A DNA stretch of 64,000 bases from Mobula hypostoma (taxonomy: Eukaryota). Shown piece after piece: positions 39,572-51,571 of the stretch (the stretch's first letter is position 1; every line of letters starts with the position of its first letter). The stretch covers positions 79,920,001 to 79,984,000 of the forward strand of contig NC_086097.1 in the NCBI RefSeq assembly GCF_963921235.1, in the 5' to 3' direction. Position numbers and translations under genes: made by a program. The notes below the pieces were generated by a model that was given only the letters and a program-made list of their open reading frames with translations, was not told the origin of the DNA and did no database searches.

Positions 39572-40456
39572 TGTTACATAACCGGCAACAATGAATATCA
39601 ATCCAGACAGGTTATATAAAAACAACCAAACATTTATTAAACACGGATAAACGATAAAAACAAAAACACACTAAAACTTTAACCGGAAGTTAACCGATAT
39701 GCAGCCGTTCAACAAATCGTCACTCGGCACTGGTTCTTAAAGTGTTAAATGCGAAAACAATTCTTAAAGCGATAAAGTCAGATATAGTTCTTAAAATGGT
39801 AAATTTGAAAGTCCAACAGATTTATACGTTCAATTGGAAGAGACTTCTCTGGAGAAGGATTTCTTCATAGGCGCGACTTTCCTGCTGGTTCTGTCCACAG
39901 GATTCGCGATGCAGTAAATAAACAGTTTGAAACAACTGACCTTAAAGTCTGTTAGAGAAAGCAAACCTTTGCATGAACTCTTTTCTCTTTTGGCAAGAGT
40001 TATCTTGATGCAGGTCGCTACTCCTCCAACGAAGACTCAGTAAGGTCAATCCTTTGTTAAACTGCCGAACAATGCCGAATCCTCTCAATCCTTCGGTCCT
40101 GTACTTCGATAAAGTTTTCACTCTCCCTTCTACTGCTGAAATAGGGTAAATCAGCACATCTAGCCAAGAATTTCCAGTCCAATTATATTGTATCTTGCAA
40201 CAGAACGCAACACTCCGTTTTGAAAATGAAACTGTGCCACAAAAACAAACGCAACAGAAACGGAGACACAGCATGTTCTACCTGGAAATCTGCAAACTAA
40301 AAACTAACTGCGTCATCTGGGGTCTTCCCTTATATACCCATGGTGCACATGTCATCATGTGACCTCACATCGGTGGGAAAATCACATCAGGTGACCTCCA
40401 AAAGACCATTACATCATTCTCACAGAAAAAAACAGACCTCCTTGAGGCATGTAACA
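39572..40456 (-). mobile_element. Solo LTR (885 bp)
   Basis: Ends TGTTACAT...ATGTAACA with 4-bp TSD CCAA. Minus-strand TATATAA near 40335 and AATAAA near 39635. Confidence 0.9.
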
Positions 40457-40747
40457 CCAATATCTGATTTTGTTCTGCTTTTATTACTTTCTCTAATAAA
40501 TCTGTGATTTTACTTTCAAAAGTATCTGGAATATATATGTGTAAATTACAAAGGATTAAATCTGATAGGAATAAAGATACCAATGCTGGAAATAATGCTA
40601 TTTTATGAACTTTGTTTTTTTTGCTTCTCACGTTTCTCCTGAATTGTACACATTCATCAGTCAAATAAGTCAACAGTGATTAACATCCCATAATATACAA
40701 AGTATCTAATAATTATGTCAATAACAAATTTTTTAGTGTACTTGCAT

Positions 40748-43713
40748 ATAAGACCATAAGACAAAGGAGCGGAAGTTGGCCCATCGAGTCTGCCCCGCCA
40801 TTTAGTCCCACTCCCCCGCCTTCTCACCATAACCTTTGATACCCTGGCTACTCAGATACCTATCAATCTCTGCCCTAAATACACCCAATGACTTGACCTC
40901 CACTGCCGCCCGTGGCAACAAATTCCACAGATTCACCATCCTCTGGCTAAAAAAATTTCTTTGCATCTCTGTTCTGAATGGGCGCCCTTCAATCCTTAAG
41001 TCATGTCCTCTTGTGCTAGACTCCCCCACCATGGGAAACAACTTTGCCACAGCCACTCTGTCCATGCCTTTCAACATTCGAAATGTTTCTATGAGGTCCC
41101 CCCTCATTCTTCTAAACTCCAAGGAGTACAGTCTAAGAGCGGTCAAACATTCCTCATATGTTAACCCTCTCTTTCCCGGAATCATTCTAGTGAATCTCCT
41201 CTGAACCCTCTCCAACATCAGCACATCCTTTCTTAAATAAGGAGCCTAAAACTGCACACAGTACTCCAAGTGAGGTCTCACCAGCGCCTTATAGAGCCTC
41301 AACATCACATCCCTGCTCCTATACTCTATTCCTCTAGAAATGAATGCCAACATTGCACTCACCTTCTTCACCACCGACTCAGCATGGAGGTTAACTTTAA
41401 GGGTATCCTGCATGAGGACTCCCAAGTCCCGTTGCATCTCAGAACTTTGAATTCTCTCCCCATTTAAATAATAGTCGGCCCGTTTATTTTTTCTACCAAA
41501 GTGTATAACCATACACTTTCCAACATTGTATTTCATTTGCTACTTCTCTGCCCATTCTACCAATCTATTCAAGTCTCTCTGCAGACTCTATTTCCTCAGC
41601 ACTACTGGCCCCTCCACCTATGTTTGTATCATCAGCAAACTTAGCCACAACCCATCTATTCCATAATCCAAATCATTGATGTACAACGTAAAAAGAAGCG
41701 TCCCCAACACGGACCCCTGTGGAATACCACTGGTAACCCGGCAGCCAAACAGAATCGGATCCCTTTATTCCCACCCTCTGTTTCCTGCCAATCAGCCAAC
41801 GCTCTATCCATGTATGTAACTTTCCCGTCATTCCATGGGCTCTTATCTTGTTTAGCAGTCTCATGTGCAGCACCTTGTCAAAAGCCTTCTGAAAATCCAA
41901 ATACACAATATCCACTGCATCTCCCTCGTCTAGCCTACTTGTAATTTCCTCAAAAAATTGCAATAGGTTTGTCAGGCAGGATTTTCCTTTAAGGAAACCA
42001 TGCTGAGTTCTGCCTATCTTGTCACATGCCTCCAGGTACTCTGTAACCTCATCCTTGACAATCGACTCCAACAACTTCCCAACCACCAATGTCAAGCTAA
42101 CAGGTTTATAATTTCCTTTTGCTTCGTTGCCCCCTTCTTAAATAGCGGAGTGACATTTGCAATCTTCCAGTCCTCCGGAACCATGCTAGAATCTATCCAC
42201 TTTTGAAAGATCAATGCTAATGCCTCTGCAATCTCCACAGCTACTTCCTTCAGAACACGACTCTTGACTATTCAGCTTCCTGAGTACTTTCTCTGTCGCA
42301 ATTGTGACTGCGCACACTTCTCTTCCCTGACACCCTTGAGTGTCCGGTATACCGATGTCTTCCTCAGTGAAGACTGATGCAAAATACTCGTTCAGTTCCT
42401 CCACCATCTCCTTATCTCCCATTACAATTTCTCCAGCATCATTTTCTATCGGTCCTATATCTACTCTCACCTGTCTTTTTCTCTTTATATACTTGAAAAA
42501 GCTTTTAGTATCCTCTTTGATATTATTTGCTACCTTTCTTTCATAGTTCATCTTTTCCCTCTTAATGACCTTCTTAGTTTCCTTTTGTAAGCTTTTAAAA
42601 ACTTCCCAGTCCTCTGTCTTCCCACTAATTTTTGTTTCCTTGTATGTCCTCTCCTTTGCTTTAACTTTGGCTTTGACTTCTCATCAGCCACGGTTGCATC
42701 CTTTTTCCATTCGAAAATTTCTTCTTTTTTGGAATATATCTGCCTTGCACCTTCCTCACTTCTCGCATAAACTCCAGCCACTGCTGCTCTGCCATCCTTC
42801 CCCCAGTGTCCCTTTCCAGCCAACTTTGGCCAGTTCCTCTCTCATGCCACTGTAATTTCCTTCACTCCACTGAAATACCGACACATCGGATTTTGGCTTC
42901 TCTTTCTCAAATTTCACAGTGAACTCAGGAGGGAAGAGAAGATGGCGGTGCGACACAGCACGCGCGGCCGTTTCGAATGATATCGATATGTGTTAACTAG
43001 GGAGCCGTGCACAATCCTCATTTGATGGAGACAGCCGTGAGAAGCACGGAGGAACACCTGGAGAAACTTCGGAAATGCCCACTTCGCTGTCGCTGCTACC
43101 GTGCGATCGAGAATCTCCGGAGGGGAAGGCCCCAAATCCTCGGCTTTGCCTATTGCCGGGGCCGGGATCAAAGCGCTCAGCAGAGATGGTGCTCAGTGTT
43201 AGAGAGCTGGTCGGAGGCTTGGAGTTTTTGGACGGACTCGGAGTCGGACTGTGGTCGGATGCTTCCAGGATGCTGCATTGGCAAGTTTGCGGCGCTGGAG
43301 GTTCACCGTCTGCGTGAGATGATGGGACTTTCGAGAGACTTTGAGACGTTTACGTGCCCATAGTCTGTTCTTATCAAATTACTGTATTGCTTTGCACTGT
43401 TGTAACTATATGTTATAATTATGTGGTTTTTGTCAGTTTTTCAGTTGGTTTGTCATGTGTTTCTGTGATATCATTCTGGAAAAACATTGTATCATTTCTT
43501 AATGCATGCATTACTAAATGACAATAAAAGAGGACTGCGTGTCCTCATAATCTAATCTACTCATGTTATGATCACTGCCTCCTAAGGGATCCTGCACCTC
43601 AATCTCTCTAATCACCTCTGGTTCATTACATAATACCCAATCCAGTACAGCCTATCCCCTAGAGGGCTCAGCAACAAGCTGTTCTAAAAAGTCATCTTGT
43701 AGACATTCTACAA
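40748..43713 (-). mobile_element. CR1 LINE, 5'-truncated, split by an insert at 42928-43558
   Basis: TQHGFLKGKSCLTNL, YLDFQKAFD and LVRPHLEYCVQF motifs; (cataagac) tail. Confidence 0.95.
42928..43558 (+). mobile_element. Young non-autonomous retroposon (631 bp)
   Basis: TSD ACTCA (42923-42927 and 43559-43563), 5' aagatggcg, CpG-rich body, AATAAA, gaggac...gtcctc stem-loop and (taatc)n tail. Confidence 0.8.
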
Positions 43714-45299
43714 ATATAGGTCTCTATATTCTTGCAGAGCAGGGAACATGCCTTTTCATTATAAAGTTGATACTGGCACTTGACCCTATTTGGTTATGGA
43801 AGGAGCATTTTCACCAAAATAACTGTATAACTTAAAAGCATAAATTACTAGTGTGGTTTACATAAAATTTATTTTCAGAAAGGCAAGGAGTGATGAAATC
43901 AAACTCAAAAGATTGATTAAATATTGAATCATGTAGAGCAAGACTATTTTCACTCATAGAGGAATTCACATTTCTAGAGAAAATAATTAGCCTACTTAAA
44001 TGATACCAATATGCACCATAAAGGAAAAAAAAAGAAAATCTTTCCCTAAAAGAGTGTGGGTGACAAATCAAATGAAGCTTTTAAGAGTGAAATTGACAAT
44101 ACTTTTAAGATGATGGTACCAAGGAATATGAGGCAAAAAAATGGAGTTCATATCCAGATCAGAGCTAATCTAGTTTATGCATAAAAGGTTGAATTGCATA
44201 CTGAGCAGAAATCAAGTAAACAACTGAAAAGAATAAATAGATCTTGAAGGAGCAGAGCCTTGAGGAGAAATCTAAAGGGATTCGGGGAAACGTGTAGAAT
44301 GGCCATATATTTTTATTGAGTTAGATCATAAGGAAATGGCAAATTTTGAAAAACAAGATTTAAAATATGGAGGATAAGAGTGTTAAAAAGGAAATGAAGT
44401 AACTGAAAGATTAACTGACTCAAAAATATAGTTAGCAGAATACTAGATGAGGAAAACAATAAACTTGCTTGAAGGGTAGAACGGAAATGACAAATGGCTT
44501 GTCAGATTAGAAAAAGACTGAAAACTGCAAAATGAGGAATGTATGTTGGCAAAAGAAGAGGCTTAGGTGTGAAATAATAACAATATCAGAAGTCATTCAA
44601 AGAGCTGTGAATTTTCAAATGAGGAAACAGATGTCCGAAGTGGGTGGGGAGGGGGAATATCAAGGAGAGGGAAACAGAAAATTTTGTTGAAAACTGGTAG
44701 AAAAAGGATAAACATACAAAGTGACTATTATCTATTGTTTTGTGAACAAGACTTTCTCAAGTACAATTACTTAAATGTGTAGTGAACATAATATGACTCA
44801 AAAAATTACATTTTGATAAAACTTCTAAAATCTTGAAGTACAAAACATCTTGTTATGCCATAAACAACATATCTATGATTCTTATTGGTAAGAAAATGTA
44901 TAACTACTCCAAGTCCTACCCAATGATAGACAGAAACAGTGCACTTAGCCCAGTTGGATTTTCACATACATCGTGTTATATCCAGAGTTGATATTGGTTG
45001 CATTTTTATTATTGGAATTAAATCAATATGGTGAAATGTTAAATAAAATTCCATGCTCTGTGGTATGTCAAATATGAGATGTCAAAATACCATATTTATG
45101 TCATTGTGCCGGAAACTGGTGAAATAATAATGCTACAGAATCTGCAGAAGAACAAGCCTCATTCACCATTGCCAAAGCTGGGTCTATTAATTCCAACACT
45201 GTGGATTTTCGACACCCCTATAATTCAAGTGCATTATTCTTACACTTTGTATAATGCAGTGTACTCAGGGTGATCCACAAAAATTGGTGGGAAATTCCA

Positions 45300-47900
45300 C
45301 TAAACCAAGGATAGAATGTAAAAATCTAGTCAACAGATTTAAACTCTGCAGATAAAAATCAATCAAATTAATTCCAATACTGGTCACTAAAATTGAAGAC
45401 CCTTTTTCTTTTCCCCAGTATGGCAATCATACAGAGTGATCCAGCAGCTCAAGAAATTTCCATTACTTTTATTTGATGAGCTGAAATTGAACTTAAAGAC
45501 CTCCTACTGCATAATGGTTTTGCATGTTCATAAAAATCACATGTTAGAACATCATATGCATAAAGTCTGCACCTTACTTGCACACTATAAGATCAATGTT
45601 TATTCTTCTAGATACATTCATAAAAATGTAAAGGGTCTCTGAGTTATGGGAGATCTGACTTATGAAGATACAACTTTACACAAATTTTCCTAGACTCTTC
45701 ACTCAGGTATAGTACTTCTCCTTACCAGTAAACAATACCAAGATCACCCATAGAGAAGTTATCTCCATACTCTCCTTCAGGTAAGATCAGATTTTATAAA
45801 CACTAAACCTCATTAGCACACACTTTCTTCTATTAGTGCCAATAGTTTCCTCACTGATTAGCAGATCAACCCCTGCCACTCCACCTTAGCTATATTAAGA
45901 CAAATATATGCCACAGTTCATTTGAAGGTAACAACTATCATCTACATTGAAATTCCCCAGCCTCATCTTTGCAATTCAGTCCCCAAGGCTGTTGAAACAA
46001 AAGATTTCACATTAATATTCTGGGGGAAATTGTTTCTGGCTTACGGAAAATTCATTTTATGGGCAGTTCTCAGAAATGGAACCCTTTCAAACCCCAGAGA
46101 CTCCTTGACTTCCTGAGGAGTGCCCAAAATATTGAACAGAAATAAAAACCTAAGGCTGAAATAAAGCAAGTGTATAATTTTATGGTGCTGTTGATATTCT
46201 TCATGCAGGCTCTTGGCTGTATCAATGTAAAATTAATTCTGTTCCCATAATCTTTCTTGCAGTTCCTATTTTCTTCATGTTCAACTGATTATACACAGTT
46301 CTGTTGTACAGTAAAAGAAACTTCCATTTGATTAGGATTGTTCATCCAATTTTCTTTATGTGATTGACCAATTTGTTTCTAAAAGCCAACAAAATTGTCA
46401 AATACTAACATTGACTGCAAGATCATCGCAACATTATTATTTCTTCAGATTTTAAGCACATCTTTTTAAGATTTTACTGCTGAATTTTCTCATGCTCTGT
46501 TCAAAAGAATACTCCCAACACTTCACCATCCAGGACATGCCCTCTTCTCATACAGGACCCTGAAGATGCACATTCATACTACATTATTGTTTTGCTCATT
46601 TTTGCACTTTTAAAATATATTCTTATTGTAATTAATAGTAATTTTCATGAATTGCACTGTATTGCTGCCACAAAACTACAAATTTCACAACATACTATGT
46701 CAGTAATAATAAACCTGATTCTAATTCTGAAAACAATAAGTGCTAGAAATACTTACTGGGCCAAACAACAGTTGTGGTGCTAGAAAAAGCTTCGATATTG
46801 AAATCAATAATAACATGGTTTTTCCCCATTTATGGCAAAATTGACCAGGTCAGCGATAATATTATCCATGTGGTCCAGCTTACTGGATGAAATACAAACT
46901 TTCTCAGTATCTTGGAAGGATCTGGAATAAATAACCTCTCAAACCAATTTGGCTTAAATCCACAAACTAAAGTTTATTAAAATGAATAGATGAGCATAGT
47001 CCATATGGCAAAGCTGCAGCATGCATTAAATTTCACTCTCTCAAGTCCAAAAATAGCAACAGACAAAAACGTTGCTAACTCTACTGATAATACTAAACCT
47101 AGAGATGAGCATCTGTATGGGAAAATATGATACAGTAATTCACTTTGACCCATCGAACTCCATGAAGACATTCCACAAGAGTAATAGCAGAACAACAGTT
47201 TCGAAATGGGGACATTATTTGGGAATGCTCCATCAGTTGAAGACTGATGTGCAGTCGAATAAAAGGACATCCTTTGTAGTCTCCAGTTTAATGAACTAAT
47301 TTCCTGGTTTCCTGAACTCATATCCTGCTCTTTTGGGAGGTGTACAGTTTTCACATACAGCTTTATTTTGTGACCTGCTCATTTTGACACAAGTAGTTCA
47401 CAAAACTCTAGCATTTTGGCAGAATGGATTTCTTTCTCAAAATAAATTGACATGGGTCAATTTTAGGGTATGCTTGGATTGAGCAAGTGATGTAAAAAAG
47501 CAGCTAAGCACACTGAAACATCTTTCAGTTGTGATGCTAGAAAGGAAAGAACAATTCAGCTCATATTTTGAACCTAACATTTGGAAATTACTACAAGTAT
47601 GATTAAGATATAAAATGAAGTATATCTATGCCTTTTTTAAAAGTTGTTTTTAAAAATCTGTCAGTTGTTTGAAATATTTATCTGCAGGAATACAAGATCA
47701 CTTACAATTTTTTCGGTAAAGTTTGCTAAGCAATTATTATGGCTTGGTAATCAATTAAAATTAATTTACAACTCAACTGACAAAACACAACATTTGCATG
47801 ATATTTAGAAGCAACGCTTATTTATAACTAACAAAAGTTTATCAATTCACTGACAACTAATTTGGAACTTCAGCAATTAACCACACGTATTCAAATTCCA
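45300..47900 (-). mobile_element. Very old L1-like ORF2 remnant (boundaries uncertain)
   Basis: Decayed C-terminal motif ADFMHM...F*TCKTI near 45500-45580, scattered L1-like fragments and many stops. Confidence 0.35.
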
Positions 47901-47996
47901 AAGCTGCTATAGGTTCATAGACTTGTACAAGTTGTGATCTTCTCCACCAAAATCATAAGAAATCAGTGAATTAAAAAACAAAATCAAGTAGTTGCC

Positions 47997-48215
47997 CACA
48001 TAAAAGTTGCTGGTGAACGCAGCAGGCCAGGCAGCATCTCCAGGAAGAGGTGCAGTCGACGTTTCAGGCCGAGACCCTTCGCCAGTCCTGACGAAGGGTC
48101 TCGGCCTGAAACATCGACTGCACCTCTTCCTGGAGATGCTGCCTGGCCTGCTGCGTTCACCAGCAACTTTTATGTGTGTTGCTTGAATTTCCAGCATCTG
48201 CAGAATTCCTGTTGT
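47997..48215. mobile_element. Palindromic Penelope-like terminus insertion with two hammerhead motifs
   Basis: 13-bp TSD tcaagtagttgcc (47984-47996 and 48216-48228). 89-bp inverted arms at 47997-48085 and 48088-48176. Confidence 0.9.
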
Positions 48216-48814
48216 TCAAGTAGTTGCCAATCAGTCTCGACAAACTAGCAGGAGCTGATTAATATCCTTGCAATTTTTACATTCACTTGGAGGCAATTAT
48301 GAAGAATTGTTTGGTTTGGATTCTGTGCCTTGGACGAAGTTCAGAATTAGTCACCAGGAAACAGAATTTGGGCAGAACCATGGATAAAAATTTTCTTTAT
48401 TAATTCTCTTTACTCCTTCTACAGATTTCCACGTTTTCTGTTTTGAGCAGAAGAAACTGCAGATGATTTCATATGATTAAACAGAGGTGGACAACACATC
48501 ATCTATAGCAATTTTATAAAAAGAGTTCATGATCACAACAGACATGTTTTGCCTCACTCACTTAAGCACACTTTCCTTTAAAACAGTGGTTCTTTCTGAA
48601 TTAAAATATATATGCAGTGTGGTTACACTTTGACAGCTTTGAAATCTGTTTCATGTTTTTAAATTTGTACTTTACACACAAGATTTCTGTTGAGAATACT
48701 CTCTGCCAGGTAGCTTTAAAATAATTCTTAAAAATGTAAATAAATATTTAAATATAAATTTAAAAAACAAGTTTACCAAATTTATAAACAAATAGACAAT
48801 TGATAGATAACTAG

Positions 48815-48892
48815 TGAGAGGGAGGGAGGGGGGAGGGGGAGAGGGAAGAGGGAAGGGGAGAAAGAGGGAAGAGCGAAGAGGAAAGAGGGACA
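48815..48892 (+). repeat. Polypurine G/A low-complexity tract
   Basis: gagagggagggaggggggagggggagagggaagagggaagggg... Confidence 0.85.
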
Positions 48893-49220
48893 GAACAAAC
48901 ACAAACACAATTTTCCCTGTGCATCTGAAACCATTGTTTCTGAGGTGTTGAATGGTTTGTAAATTGTCAAACTTGGGTTTTGCCAGCAGAGATTGGTGAA
49001 TTAAATTCAGAATTGATTAAGCATCAAAATTAGAAGTAAGTAGATATCTCACAGAAATACAAAGCAGAATATTCTATGTAGAGCTGTGGAAAAGTGGACC
49101 ACAGAATAATTTGAAAACAAGCATGATAAAAGCCCAAGCATTAAGAAACCAGCTAATGAACAATTACAATCACACCAGTGAATACAAGTAAAAGCCAATT
49201 GAAGTCTCATTGTAAGGTCT

Positions 49221-50080
49221 AGGATGGTATGGCAGCATAGCAGTCAGTATACTCTTTACAGTGCCAGCAATCAGTGTTCAATGGAAAAGAGTAAATAGTT
49301 AACTTTTTAGGCCGAGACTCTTCTTCAGGTCTAAGAGGGAAGGGGCGAGATATGCCCGAATTAAAAGCTAGGGGAGGGGAAAGAGGCTAACTGGACAGTG
49401 ATTCAGGCATTTCCCCTCTTCCCTCTCAGTTCCAAAGAAAAGACTCAGCCTGAAAAGTTGATGGTTTACTCTTTTCCATGGATGCTGCCTGACCTGCTGA
49501 ATTCCTCCAGCATTTTGTGTGTATTGCTTTGGACTTCTAGCATCTGCAGATTTTCTCCTATCAATGTTCAATTCTGACACTGTCTGAAAGGAGTTTGTAT
49601 AGTCTTCTGGTGACCGTATGCATTTCCTCTTGGTGCAGCAGTTTTCTCCACATTCCAAAGACACAGGAGCAGAATTAGGCCACTTGGCCAATCGAGTCTG
49701 CTCCGTCATTCAATCAAGGCTGATTCTTTTGTCCCCTCCTCACCCCCACACCCCAGCCATCTCCCTAAACCTTTGATTCCATGTCCAATCAAGAACTTAT
49801 CAAGCTCTGCCTTAAATACACCCAATGATCTAGCCTCCACAGTTGCCTGCATAAATAAATTCCACAAATTCACCACCATCTGGCTAAAGAACTTTTTCTG
49901 CATCTCTATTTTAAACAAACGTCCCTCTATCCTGAGGCTTTGCCCTTTTTTAGTAAGTTGTGGGCAGGTTACGTTGGCACTGGAAGCATGGCAACGCTTG
50001 TAATCTGCCCGCAGCACGTCCACAGACTGTTGGTTGTTGACACAAACTATGCCACTTCATTGTATGCTTTAATGTTTAAC
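49221..50080 (+). mobile_element. V-SINE split by an inverted PLE insert (49283-49559) and a CR1 fragment (about 49663-49940, minus)
   Basis: tRNA-like head and V-domain tcccacattccaaagac. The PLE insert has TSD atcagtgttcaat / atcaatgttcaat. Confidence 0.7.
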
Positions 50081-50084
50081 TGTA

Positions 50085-50738
50085 TGAAACACCCTGGTTT
50101 CCTTGGCTGCATAAGTCAAGAGAAGACAATCTCCGGCCCCACCTAACTTGTAAGATTGAGGCCCAAGCCCACCCCAAACCCCCTATTTGTGTGGATACTG
50201 GGTAATTCGTTACCCTGTTACAAATTAATGCCAAGAAATAACAGACAGTACACTGTATACAATTAAAGGAATTATATTTATGAATCTAACTAAAGGGTTA
50301 GCGAAGAATAACAAAAAGAAAAGGGCCCATTCTAATTAAACAGTCAAATGCGCACAAGTTGGAGTCCATCTTGAACTTCTCTATCACTCACGCACTGGGC
50401 CCTCGGTCAACATGAAAGCACACACCACCTTCCGAATGTCACTCGCAATCCATCTTGAACAAACAGGTCTCCCACTGGATTGTATGCTACGACTGGTTCT
50501 CCCCAGCATCTTCTCTCTTCATCTCCTCTCGAACTAAAGCTCCAAGCCCAACCTTAGCGTCCCTCACCAGAGAAACCTCCCCTTAATTCAACCATCCTAA
50601 TTGGATGACACACATTTCTCCCATCTCTCATCTTCAACAGTAACCCAAACATAAACTGAAAACAAACAGCTCGCACAGAACAGCACAAAATAAAACACAT
50701 ACAACATAACAATAAAAAATATGAACCAGGGCATTACA
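50085..50738. mobile_element. Solo LTR (654 bp)
   Basis: Ends tgaaacaccctggtt...aaccagggcattaca with 4-bp TSD TGTA. Confidence 0.8.
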
Positions 50739-51571
50739 TGTACATTTACCTTACGACAACACAGAGGAGAACAAAGGATGTACTGGAATGTCCAAACTAG
50801 ACATACCTAAAGGTATAAATATGGCATTCAGTATCTGATGAACAGAATCAGGGAAACAGACAGGTAATGTTACAAAGGTGATAAAAAGTGTACAATTGAT
50901 TCAATGAAAATAAAAGATTCTGGAGAAGACGTTCTTCTAGACCTGTTTCTTTAATAGCTTAAGAGGCAAGACAAAGAAAATGCTCATTTTCTAAGGGGAT
51001 AAACTGTTCAACACCATCAATCCCTCAAACTCAACTGTCAAGCTGGTCTTCTATACCTCCCTTTGCAATTGGATACTCAACTGGAAGTGCATAATCAGTA
51101 CAGCCTTCTTACTGACCATCAACACAGGTGCAGCTCAGGCCTGCAGACTTCGCACCTTGCTTTACTTTCTCTACTCTTTCAAATGTGTGGCTAAGCATAA
51201 CTCCAATACCACCTACAAATTTGCCAATTATACCTCAGGTGGTGAGGAGCTAACATACAGGAATGATAGGTCAGCTGAGTGAGTGGTAAGATAACAACAA
51301 CAACAACCTTGTACTCAACATCAGTAAAACCAAGAAACTAAATATGGCTTTTAGGCAATGGAAATCAGGCAAACAAGTATTGAAGGATCTGCACTGGAAA
51401 TGGTGAGAAACTTCAAGTTTCTGCATATCAACATCTTGGAGGATCAATCCTGGGCTCAGCACATAGATGCAACCATGATGAAGGCATGTCAGCATCTTTA
51501 CTTAATTAGAAGATTAAGGAGATTTGGCACTTTGTCAACGACTTTTACAAATTTATACAGATGTATCGGGA

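Noticed and set aside
43007..43363. GC-rich ORFs or a CpG-island host promoter
   Set aside because: Lies wholly within a TSD-bounded retroposon inserted into a CR1, and no GPHN exon 1 peptide is present.
46977..47354. 125-aa minus-strand ORF as a host exon
   Set aside because: No gephyrin or other protein similarity; more likely part of an ancient LINE remnant.
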